Shown here piece by piece: positions 28,325 to 38,100 of a stretch of 64,000 bases of DNA (position 1 is its first letter; every line of letters begins with the position of its first letter). The position numbers and the translations under genes are program-made. The notes below the pieces were generated by a model. It saw only the letters and a program-made list of their open reading frames with translations. It ran no database searches and was not told where the DNA came from. Source of the DNA: Candidatus Omnitrophota bacterium (GTDB lineage Bacteria > Omnitrophota > Gorgyraeia > JABMRG01 > JAFGKX01); NCBI GenBank assembly GCA_043797125.1, contig JAZDPX010000013.1, positions 73,180 to 137,179 on the forward strand. Direction: 5' to 3'.

Positions 28325-29986
28325 TCACTTATACTGTATTATTTCTTTAATTGTAAATTCTTCCGGCGTTTTAAAATCTGCTTTCAGAAGAGAATATTTA
28401 AATTGCCCGTCATGCCTTGAAAATTGCAGCTTTGATTTATGAAATTTTTCAAAAGACCCCTTTTCCAAAACTACCAGCTTCGGGCAATCTAACCTTTGCG
28501 AAAGCCTTTTTAACTTATATTCGATATTAACCCTGCTTAAATTATCCTCCATGCTCATTAAAAAACCCTTTTTTTGGGAATGAGTTGGCTCGCCTATAAA
28601 TTCTATCAAAAAAGAATAATGCGGCGGTATCTTGCGTTCAAGGCAGCAGCAGAAAAATTCCATATCAAGGCCTGTTGTTTCCCTTGCTTTGTTCATCGCG
28701 TCAATCACGTGGCTTTCATACAGCTTCTCGCCTGTCACAGATGAAACATTTTGCGCCTTCTGGATAAATTCAATAAGCGGCGTTTTGTTATATAAGCCTA
28801 CGACCCTTATTATGTCAGCTATGTTATAACGATAAAGCCCTGAAGGCGTGGTAAGATAAATGCAATACTGTTTATCTTTTTCCAGCTCGCTTACTGTTAA
28901 ATATTGCTGTTTTTCTTTTTTAATGTCTTCTTCAATCACAAATTCATAAAAATTTGAATCAATCGTAAGAATTCCTGCGTGGCCCTCATCCCAGCGCGGG
29001 ATGGAGCAGCGCGCTTCTGTTGAAAGATATCCAAAATCCCGCACCTTTGTTTTGGCCGGAAAATACTTCAGTAGCTCGTCGATAAATATGCCTACCGTTC
29101 CTCCCTTCCAGCAGTCAATCAATGCCAAATTCGGCCAGAAGTCCTTTGGCATGAGCGCGCCTGATTGCGCAAGCATGCCTTCCAGCTCTTTTGCCCTGGC
29201 AGGATTGGGCTTAAGCGTCTTTTCTATTTTTTCCCTGATATCCTCGGTGATATAAAAAGACTCTTTTAGCGTACCGTCGTTAATATCTTTGATAATATCT
29301 TTAGCGTGTCTTTCTATCTTTTGAAAAAGAATGAGTATGGTTAAAGGGTTCATGGTTGCGATGGTGGTAACATCATGCTCAAGCCCGAGCCGCAAAATCG
29401 TGTAATAACGCGCGTCGTAGTTTTCTATGCAAAAGACTTCGTAAGGCAAAATATACTTGCTGCGTATAATCCATGGTAAATTTTTATACGCATGCCCGGA
29501 CTCCGAACCATAGGGCATGCCGGACGCTGTATAACCTTCTGTTGCAGAGTTTACAATTGCCAGCACCTTGCCGTTGAACATATCGGGGTGATCTGCGTTG
29601 GCGTAATAAAGCCATATGTTCATTACCTTTGCTCTTTTTTTGCTGGAATATTCTGTTACAGGGATAAACTTTGGTCTGTTCGTAGTGCCCGAGGTAATAC
29701 CAAAATACAGGGGTTTGTCTTTTATTAATATGTTTTTTTCTTTCCTTAGCATCCTCCTGATAAAGGGTAGCAGGGTTTCATAGGTATTGACAGGCACTTT
29801 TTGCTGGAAATCTTTAATGCTTTTTATTGAAGAAAAGTTGTATTTTTTGCCGAAGGCTGTATCTTTATTTTTTCTTAAAATATTAAAGAGCACCGTTTCC
29901 TGCGCTTTGGCCGGGTTTTTTGTTTTTAATTCAAAGCGCGCGGCTTCAAGAGCAAACGACTTCATTATAAGGTTTATGATATTCAT
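28325..29986 (-). CDS. GH3-family acyl-adenylate/amido synthetase-like protein
   Basis: TSGTT..PKFIP, YLSTE, NFYEF and GLYRYNIADII motifs of the GH3 family. Confidence 0.88.
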   Translation of the reverse strand: MNIINLIMKSFALEAARFELKTKNPAKAQETVLFNILRKNKDTAFGKKYNFSSIKSIKDFQQKVPVNTYETLLPFIRRMLRKEKNILIKDKPLYFGITSGTTNRPKFIPVTEYSSKKRAKVMNIWLYYANADHPDMFNGKVLAIVNSATEGYTASGMPYGSESGHAYKNLPWIIRSKYILPYEVFCIENYDARYYTILRLGLEHDVTTIATMNPLTILILFQKIERHAKDIIKDINDGTLKESFYITEDIREKIEKTLKPNPARAKELEGMLAQSGALMPKDFWPNLALIDCWKGGTVGIFIDELLKYFPAKTKVRDFGYLSTEARCSIPRWDEGHAGILTIDSNFYEFVIEEDIKKEKQQYLTVSELEKDKQYCIYLTTPSGLYRYNIADIIRVVGLYNKTPLIEFIQKAQNVSSVTGEKLYESHVIDAMNKARETTGLDMEFFCCCLERKIPPHYSFLIEFIGEPTHSQKKGFLMSMEDNLSRVNIEYKLKRLSQRLDCPKLVVLEKGSFEKFHKSKLQFSRHDGQFKYSLLKADFKTPEEFTIKEIIQYK

Positions 29987-29987
29987 A

Positions 29988-31097
29988 TTATTTAATTAAT
30001 TGGCTTTTCTTCGTGTATTTTCTTAAAACTTCTTCCTTTATTGTAACCCCCAAGCCGGGATTAGTCAATGCTCGCGCAATGCTGTTTTTGGGGGTTAAAT
30101 CCTCTACGATAATATCCTCTTTTAAAATAAACCTTGCGTATGAGCCTTCTAAAAATTTAAAGCCGTTGACAGCCCCTGCCAGGTGCCTGCCTGCAGCCGA
30201 TAAAACGCCTGTTTCTCCTACGTGGCAGCCAATCTGAAAACCGATATTATAATCCTGCGCGATTTTTATAATATCAAGACTGCCGAAAATGCCGCCGCAT
30301 TTAGAGAGCCTTATATTAAACATATCGCAAGCCTTCATTTGCGCCAGTTTTAACGCGTCGGCTTTAGTGCACACTGACTCATCCGCTATAATCGGCTCAT
30401 CGCAGGCATCCGCAACTTCCTTAAGACAAGTAAAATCGTTCTTCGGCGTAGGCTGCTCTATGCAGGATATATTAAATTTTCTAAACTTTTCTATCATCTC
30501 CAGCGCCTTATATTTATCCCAGGCGCCGTTTGCATCCACCCTTAAATCAACGGCCTTTAACAGGCTTCTGCATAGCCTAAGCCTTAGAAAATCGTTTTTC
30601 AATCCTACTTTAAGTTTCACAAACTCGCATTTGTGTCTTTTTGCGAGCAGGCTTATCAAGGCTACTTTAAGGGGCGCCTCTCCCGATATAACAGCGCTAT
30701 AAACAAATTTGGTTTCCTGCGGGCCTCCTAAAAGCTCATATACGGGTTTGGTAAAAACTTTGCCAAGGCAATCCAAAAACGCTATTTCTGTTGCGCAGCG
30801 CGCTTCAGCTTCTGTAATTTGTATATTTTTTATAAACCGCGTTGAAGCGTCTTGATCTTTTATTTCCACGCCTATAAGCCTTGGCGAAAACGCGGTTAAG
30901 CTGTCAAAAACCATGCCTTGCGTATTGCCTGTCACATAAGGCCTTGGTAAAGATTCTCCGAATCCTGTTATCTTATTATCCAGTTCGATTTTAACAAATA
31001 TACTTTCGCTTATGGTGCGCTTTTTTAGCGAATGTTTAAAAGCGCTTTTAAGCGGGATATCGGCTTTAAATATTTCTACCTGCGATATGCGTGCCAT
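29988..31097 (-). CDS. Enolase-superfamily (MLE/dipeptide epimerase subgroup) enzyme
   Basis: KLKVG, DANG, EQP and ADES metal ligands; PGLG near the C-terminus. Confidence 0.88.
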   Translation of the reverse strand: MARISQVEIFKADIPLKSAFKHSLKKRTISESIFVKIELDNKITGFGESLPRPYVTGNTQGMVFDSLTAFSPRLIGVEIKDQDASTRFIKNIQITEAEARCATEIAFLDCLGKVFTKPVYELLGGPQETKFVYSAVISGEAPLKVALISLLAKRHKCEFVKLKVGLKNDFLRLRLCRSLLKAVDLRVDANGAWDKYKALEMIEKFRKFNISCIEQPTPKNDFTCLKEVADACDEPIIADESVCTKADALKLAQMKACDMFNIRLSKCGGIFGSLDIIKIAQDYNIGFQIGCHVGETGVLSAAGRHLAGAVNGFKFLEGSYARFILKEDIIVEDLTPKNSIARALTNPGLGVTIKEEVLRKYTKKSQLIK

Positions 31098-31102
31098 TCT
31101 TT

Positions 31103-31936
31103 TTAGGTTATCCTTACCTTTATCCAGTCAACAATATACTGCATAATTTCTTCGGGGCGCTCTTCGAATAAAATAATATGGTGGCAGCCTTCATAAATCT
31201 TCATTGTCTTGTCATTTGAAAGGGCCTGTTGGAACCAGCTGCTTGCTGCTTTGACATCGACGATATCATCAATGCCCGCCAAAAGAAGCAAAAGCGGCAC
31301 GCTGACATTGTGGGTGGCCTCTTTAAAATCGCGGCCCATCCTGAAAATCTCAAGATAATAGCGCGCTGATACATAATGAAGCCTTAAGGGGTCATTTTTG
31401 ATAAAATCTATGTATTTTTCGTTAGCGGTAAACATATTGTCTTCGATGGGGATTTTGAACTCCTTCTGCGGCTTGAAAAGCCCAAAAAGCAAAATGCCTA
31501 ATTTTGCCAACAGGGAAAATTTTAATTTATTTCCAATTGAGGGAGAAAGCAGCACCAGGCCGTCAACCGCCCTGGGATAATATAAAAAGAAATTAACGGC
31601 AATCTTGCCGCCAAGGCACAGGCCTGCTAAAAACACCTTGGCTTTAGGGTGCTCTGTGCGCACAAGGTCCAGGAATATTTCAATATCATCAAAAAGATTG
31701 CGGTAGTTGTATACGTGGCCGCGCTGGTCCCTGTTTAGGCCTGAGCCTCGCCTGTCAAATGCATACACATTAAACCCGCCATTATTCAAAAATACAGCCA
31801 AGTTAGAAAACCAGCCCATGTGGCTCTCCAGCCCGTGTAGATAAACAACGCACGCGGCGTCTTTATCCGCCTTCCAGCTGCGGTAAAACAGTTCTAAATT
31901 GTCGTTGGTCCTGAATTTCTTTATAGCATCTTCCAT
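31103..31936 (-). CDS. Alpha/beta hydrolase (lysophospholipase-like) with GxCxG nucleophile elbow
   Basis: HGLESH, DRRGSG, GLCLGG, DDIV, CHH. Confidence 0.88.
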   Translation of the reverse strand: MEDAIKKFRTNDNLELFYRSWKADKDAACVVYLHGLESHMGWFSNLAVFLNNGGFNVYAFDRRGSGLNRDQRGHVYNYRNLFDDIEIFLDLVRTEHPKAKVFLAGLCLGGKIAVNFFLYYPRAVDGLVLLSPSIGNKLKFSLLAKLGILLFGLFKPQKEFKIPIEDNMFTANEKYIDFIKNDPLRLHYVSARYYLEIFRMGRDFKEATHNVSVPLLLLLAGIDDIVDVKAASSWFQQALSNDKTMKIYEGCHHIILFEERPEEIMQYIVDWIKVRIT

Positions 31937-31938
31937 GT

Positions 31939-33189
31939 TTAACCAAACTCTACAAACATAATATTTACAAGATCCGGCACCTGCCTATTGATAAAGAGGT
32001 CGTAAAAATGTATATAATCCCTCGCTGCCCCTGCCACGATTGCCAAGGCAATAATTGCGACCGCTATATAGAAATAGGTTCTAGAAAATTTTAGTTTTAA
32101 AAATGAAGCCATGTGCCAGGCCCCCAGGCCGCCCAATAGATAAAAAGGCCCGTATACACAGGATATATATCTTAAATTCTTAAAGTGCGCAGGCGCCGTA
32201 AGAATAATAACAAAAGCTACTATAAAAAACACAAGCCCGAAATAAAGTTTTTCATTTTGCCTCTGTAAAAACGCCGTTATAATTCCTATTAATCCAAATA
32301 CGGTGCAAACAGGGCTAAGAAGCCAAAACCCGGTTATAAAATAATACCATGGCCCGTTTTGGTATGTTACCGCGTATGTGTTGTTTTGAACAGCTCCTGA
32401 CATATGAATGAGAATTTTAAAAAAGTCTCTCGCGTCGCCTGTGGCAAGCCCGATTATCAAAATGCTCATAACTACCGATGCCATGCTTAACGCTGCCAGC
32501 AAAAATACCGCTTTTAAGGATTTTTGATTAAACCACGCAACCACCAGGATCCAAATAACCAAAAGCCCGAATATGGTAATGCTTGAACGGTCTTTTATCA
32601 GCATAGAATATATTCCAAAAATAAAAAACAGCGCATACCAGATCTTTCTTTTGTGGTTAAGCGATATCTCGCAGCAGAAATACACTAGCGCCAGGCTAAA
32701 AAAACCTACTACTCCGTCCTGCCAGACACGCCTTGCTATGGCAAGCTCAACCGGAGAAACAGCCATAAAAACAATGCTGCATAACGCTGCCCACCGATTC
32801 AAAAATCTTAAGGCCATAAACGCCAAAAGCGCAAGCGAAAGCACGCTGAAGAAAAGCGAAATATGGACAAGGGTTTTTTCGTCAGTAGAATTTAATAGTT
32901 TCATCAGGCCTGCACATAAATAGATATATCCTATTCTTATCGGGGGCGGATATATCCACATCTTTTTGTCCGCATGATTCTGCGCCACCAGCGCCTTGGT
33001 GGCGCTTAAGCCTTGTGTGGATATTGTGCTGGCATGGTAGGTATAGACGCGTTCATCCGGGGTCCTGTTCTTAGCCTCGGGGTTAAATAAACGCAAAAAT
33101 ACACCTGCGCCTAATGCGCATGCTAACAACAAAACAAAAATAATAAAGATTATTTTCTGCTTATCCATTTTTTTAGCCGGCGCTATCAA
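31939..33189 (-). CDS. ArnT/PMT-like GT-C membrane glycosyltransferase
   Basis: TPDE after the first TM, YPPP, many TM helices, late RY motif; overlaps the GT2 stop. Confidence 0.75.
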   Translation of the reverse strand: MIAPAKKMDKQKIIFIIFVLLLACALGAGVFLRLFNPEAKNRTPDERVYTYHASTISTQGLSATKALVAQNHADKKMWIYPPPIRIGYIYLCAGLMKLLNSTDEKTLVHISLFFSVLSLALLAFMALRFLNRWAALCSIVFMAVSPVELAIARRVWQDGVVGFFSLALVYFCCEISLNHKRKIWYALFFIFGIYSMLIKDRSSITIFGLLVIWILVVAWFNQKSLKAVFLLAALSMASVVMSILIIGLATGDARDFFKILIHMSGAVQNNTYAVTYQNGPWYYFITGFWLLSPVCTVFGLIGIITAFLQRQNEKLYFGLVFFIVAFVIILTAPAHFKNLRYISCVYGPFYLLGGLGAWHMASFLKLKFSRTYFYIAVAIIALAIVAGAARDYIHFYDLFINRQVPDLVNIMFVEFG

Positions 33190-33935
33190 GCGGGTTTTTT
33201 AAAAAGCTGGAAGCGGACTATTTTTGTGTGCTGGAGGATATATTTAATCATGACCCAAATGGTCTGGATTCCGTATGCCAGGCTTCTTCTGAAATTTATC
33301 GATGAGGCTTCGGGGAAATAACGCGTGGGGATGGGGATATCTCCTACCCGAAACCCGTCATATATAGCCTGCACAAGGAATTCCGTATCAAATATAAAAT
33401 CATCCGAATTATTAATATAGCTTATTTTTTCTATAACCTCTCTTTTATAGACCCTGAAGCCGGAATGAAAATCGCCTAAATTCTGGCCCAGCACCATGTT
33501 TTCCAGCGTGGTCAGAAAACGGTTGCTGATATATTTATAAACGGGCATACCCCCCTGCAACGCTTCGCGGCGAGTCCTGATTCGCGAGCCGATGATAATA
33601 TCGCATACGTCTGTGGTAATAAAACCTATGGCAAACGGTATTACCCTCGGGTCATACTGGTAATCAGGGTGAAGCATAATTATTATATCTGCGCCGGCTA
33701 AAAGAGCCTGTTTGTAGCAGGTCTTTTGATTCGCGCCATAGCCTTTGTTTTTCTCGTGCACAAAAGTTGTAATTCCAAGGTTCTCCGAGATGATTGCGGT
33801 CTTATCAACACTGCCGTCATCCGTCAGAATGATCTTATCTACAATGTTGTGCGGTATATCGTCAAATGTCCGCTTAAGCGTTTTCTCCGCGTTATAGGCA
33901 GGCATGATAACAACGATTTTTTTGCCGTCAAACAT
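33186..33935 (-). CDS. GT2 glycosyltransferase (polyprenol-phosphate glycosyltransferase-like)
   Basis: MPAYN, DDGSVD, NKGYG, HPDYQY, GSR, SGFR. Confidence 0.92.
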   Translation of the reverse strand: MFDGKKIVVIMPAYNAEKTLKRTFDDIPHNIVDKIILTDDGSVDKTAIISENLGITTFVHEKNKGYGANQKTCYKQALLAGADIIIMLHPDYQYDPRVIPFAIGFITTDVCDIIIGSRIRTRREALQGGMPVYKYISNRFLTTLENMVLGQNLGDFHSGFRVYKREVIEKISYINNSDDFIFDTEFLVQAIYDGFRVGDIPIPTRYFPEASSINFRRSLAYGIQTIWVMIKYILQHTKIVRFQLFKKPA

Positions 33936-34014
33936 ATTAAATCCTTTAGTTATACATAGTCTATTATAACTTCAAAAATAACAAATCCCAAGAAAAAAAA
34001 TAAATGTTTTGCCT

Positions 34015-34947
34015 TTATTTCAGGTAAGGCTGGATGATTAGTTTTTGCGAAGGTTTCTTCTGGTCCTTCGGTTTTTGGGAATTGTCTGTGTCGCCGGTTA
34101 TTTGTTCTTTAGCCGCAGGAGGACTGGTTGTCTTGATAGGTTTTGGCGGCATGGGCGGCTTGGACTTCTGCTGGGGCTTCCCCATTTGCGGCATGGCTTT
34201 TCTTTTTTCCAGCCTTCTTTCGATATTGCGCTGCATTCGTTCTTTTCTAAAATGAGCGCCCGGCTGCATCTTTCTTTTGTTTATAACATTGCGCGCGCGT
34301 TTTACAACATCGCGTTTCATCATCTGCAGCTTTTGGCGCCTTACATCAGAAAACCTCTGCGGCATTAAGGGCCTTTGGAATTTTTGTATTCTGGTTGAAT
34401 ATCCGGATGAGACTACTGTTTTATCAGGCATGGGGCTACCGTCTTGATTAAACCCTTTGACATAAACATCCCCGTCAAGAGATTCCACATCCGTACCTTC
34501 ATCGCTGACCTTTGTTGTCCATGATGTGCCTAAGACGCCCGCGACAGTCGTAGGGGTTCTTATTTCAAATGAACTTCCCTGCGGCAGGTTATCCAGTGTC
34601 GTAAACGCTTCTCCTTCGGACAGCTCTATTTTCTCGCCTTCCTCTAAAATAATAGTTGCCAGGGCGTTGGAGTCCAGGCGCAGGACGTTGTCTGCGTCTT
34701 CATCAAAGGCTAGTTCGGCGTAAGAGTTATCCGCGGTTTTTATTTTGTCGCCGGGGGAAAGAAACATATCCTCCTCGGCGTCTTCGTACGCCTGCTCGGG
34801 CGCCGGGCATACCTGCACAGAGCCTGATATTGCCACAATTTCGACCACAGGTTCCTCTGGTTTTCCTAATTCCTCCTGCGCAAAAAGAGCCCTTGAAGAT
34901 AAAAAGAATATAAATAATAAACAGGCTACTATTGTAACGTGTTTCAT
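34015..34947 (-). CDS. Exported FecR-domain protein with basic Pro/Lys-rich tail
   Basis: Signal peptide, GDKIKT, FEIRTPTTVAGVLGT, DGDVYV. Confidence 0.85.
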   Translation of the reverse strand: MKHVTIVACLLFIFFLSSRALFAQEELGKPEEPVVEIVAISGSVQVCPAPEQAYEDAEEDMFLSPGDKIKTADNSYAELAFDEDADNVLRLDSNALATIILEEGEKIELSEGEAFTTLDNLPQGSSFEIRTPTTVAGVLGTSWTTKVSDEGTDVESLDGDVYVKGFNQDGSPMPDKTVVSSGYSTRIQKFQRPLMPQRFSDVRRQKLQMMKRDVVKRARNVINKRKMQPGAHFRKERMQRNIERRLEKRKAMPQMGKPQQKSKPPMPPKPIKTTSPPAAKEQITGDTDNSQKPKDQKKPSQKLIIQPYLK

Positions 34948-34959
34948 GTTTTCTCCTTA

Positions 34960-35054
34960 GTAACAGTTCGGCCATTGTAAGCATCTCGACTCGGACGTAG
35001 CGGAGGCTTAAGCCTCCGCTACGTAGGGAGAACTTCCCGGAGCTGAACCATTAC
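34960..35054. mobile_element. 95-bp MITE copy 3 (opposite orientation), 7/8-identical target duplication
   Basis: GTAACAGTTCGG...CTGAACCATTAC. Flanks TCTCCTTA (34952-34959) and TCTCCTTG (35055-35062). Palindrome at 34995-35024. Confidence 0.85.
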
Positions 35055-35140
35055 TCTCCTTGCGGCTTATGGCGTTTCTTTTTTATATTATATCTTCTGG
35101 GTTTGGAAAAAGAAAGGGAAATCCGATTATAGGTGGATAG

Positions 35141-38100
35141 TTACGCGGCAGTGCTTATTTTTTCCGATACGTCTACGGGGTCTTTAATTTCGTTCTGCTG
35201 TTTTGCCATTTCTTCGTAATAAAGTTTAACCCTGCTAAGGTAAATTAAAAATTCTATAAGGCCCTGCCTATTTTCGCTATTAGCGAGGTCTTTTGTTTTT
35301 AACATGGCGAATTCTACTTTTCTCTTAATAAACCCTTTCTGGCAACTATTGGCAAGGGCGCGGGCTATTTCATAAGAATAAAGCCCGTGTAGATATTTCG
35401 AGGTGCAGCCATCGTACGCTATTTTTCTTCCGCCTGTCTTTTTAACGGTGTCCAATGTTTTTATCGCTAAGGCTATTATCTCAAGCCCTATATCAGCCCC
35501 GCCGAAGGACTGCTGATAAGAAATATGGCCCTCTTTTGGGAATTTAGTCAATTTATCCATAATGCCGAAGTGCCTGGTGAACCGCTCTATTAACTCGAGT
35601 TCAGAATCAACATTATCATTTATGCACATGTTCACGCTTTTGCCATTGATTCTGGCATGATGCATAAGGACTACGGTTTCCTTCGCGGAATCATCGAAAT
35701 CCGAAATGTCTTTGGTTAAATCATAAAGCCTGTCCATCGCTTCCTGGATTTTCGCGTAGGCCTTGTCGCTTTTATCCCGGTACTCTTCGGTTGACTGGCG
35801 CGCCGCGGCTTTGTATTGCGCTTCCTCTACAAACAGCGAAAACAACTCGTTCACTACTTTTAATATTTTAACTTTATCTTCGTCGGTCATTGTCATGCTG
35901 TTTTTAAACTTGGGCAGGTTATTTAACTGCTCTTTGGTTATTTGGCCTGGCCCATAATTATTATTTTCATCTCTAAGGTGTATTGATTCTTTTACAAAGG
36001 CAGGGCCTTTTTCAACGTCTTTTAAGTCGTCTTCGAACATCTTATTTCTTTCTTTTTCATCTCTAACAGGCAAATCATCATCGCCAAATTTCTTGCTTCC
36101 GGAATTATACATGGTGAAAGCGGCGCCGTTTTCACCTTTTAGGAAGTCTTTGTATGCCTCAACATCCGGCTGAAGATACGGCAGATAGGTATCCGCTACC
36201 CACCTTAAATACACCTCTTCCTTTTGTATCTGGGGGTCTTTCGCTTTTCCGCTAGAAACAATTCTTCTAAAACTGTGCCTTTTCGGGTCATATTTAACTT
36301 TTCTTATATCAGCGGCAGTAAACCCGACTTTTTTGTAATAATCTTCTACCTGTTTTTTTGCCTCATCGGTAAGTTCTAAGCTGTCCGCCTTATTAAGCAT
36401 GGCGTTAAGGGTGCTGAACATCCCATACCACATTACAAAATCCTCAAAAAATTGACGTAATTTATCAAGCTCAAGTTCATCCTGCTCTCTCAATTTATAT
36501 CTTATGACTAAATTCCCTCTGGCTGTTTGCTCTTTGATGATTGCCTGTTCCGCTTCTATATCCGCCTTTGTCATATAATTATCGCTCATGATGAAATAAA
36601 CCCTGGAGCCGGGCTCATCTTTAACATATTTTAAAGCATGCACCATTTCCTGCGTAGTCGTGCAATAAGCCTGAAAACCCACCGCGTAGCCGGCAATTTT
36701 ACCTTTGCCTAAGCTTTCAGGGGCTATCTGACTTTTCCCTTCCTGGGTTCTCCCATAGGCAACCCTGCTTGGGGCAGCGATGCATAGTTTGCGCGGATTA
36801 AACAAGGTAATGAGTGCGGCGAGTTTCTTAGACGGGTTGTCATTTCCGCTTTCAAGCTGGAATTGCGCTACTTCGCTTCCTGACTCAAGCTGTTTTTCAA
36901 CATCAAAACCCATTGCGACATTATAGGCATAACCGTTCGGGCTTCCGCCCTGGAAACGGCCGCCATGATTGCCCGCCATCCACACCGTCTTAACGGGAAA
37001 GGTTTTAGCGTCATATTTTTTGGCGAATATTTTTCCTAATATATCAAAACGGCTGCCTGTCTTTTTTTCAAGATCCCCTTCTCCCGTGACAAAAATTGTC
37101 CGTTTTAACACAATAGAAAATATTCGTTTTTCTGTCTTATTCATTCTGCCGATGATATCATTATCATCATCAAACCAGGATCTGCCATTGTAAATTTTCT
37201 TAATCATGCCGTTGGCTTTGGTTGTTCCTTTGTCATCGCCATAAACATACCTAAAATACGTTTCAATAAGAGCGCTGACGCAAAGCTGGAAATTGGCCAT
37301 GGTTTCATCTGTTGTGCCTGATTTTGACCCTGCTATGACCATAATTCTCACTGCTTCTTTAATTTTTTCCAATTCTTCAAGCTTGCCTTTGTCTGTGCCG
37401 GCTTTGCTTGTGCGTAACATTGTAAGCCATTCTTTTATAAGCTTGGTATAATTTACATTTAACCTGTCAAGCGGCACCATTTTCCGGTTCGGAAAAGGAT
37501 TGCGCACGCCAACAGCCTGATAAGAACAAGCGGCTTGCCCTCCTATTCCATCGCCAATAACAATAACATCGCCTTCATAATTTTCAGAATCCCCATCCAT
37601 TAGCTGATCATTGAATTCCTTTATTATGTCAATGGCTTCATGCATGGGCGGGCCATAGCGGGGCTTTTTTTTCTTAGATATATATTTTTCATAAGGCTGA
37701 TTGATATAGCCCCCTGCCCTTGGGTCATATCTTCTTGCTGTATGAAAACTTTTTGTTGTTACCTTTACCAGGTCGGAATTTAAAAAATCTAAAACATCGG
37801 GCAAATCAACGTTATCTCCGGGATAAAATTCTAACCGCCCGCCCATGCCTTTATCAAGTTTCAACATGCCTAACAGCGGTTGAAAATTAGGAAATGCCCA
37901 TTCGGCGCCCGCCTCCATTAAGGAGGCCTTTCTGTTCAGCTCGGAAGCGATGCCGAATCCGGAAATGCCTGCGGCTTTTGCCGCTTCCATATCCCTTTCC
38001 ATATCGCCAAATAAAATTGCCTGTTCCGGAGATGCTCTGCACACATCCAAAACCCCTTTTATTGCATTACCAAGCCCCTGCTGGCCCTTAGTAAACACGC

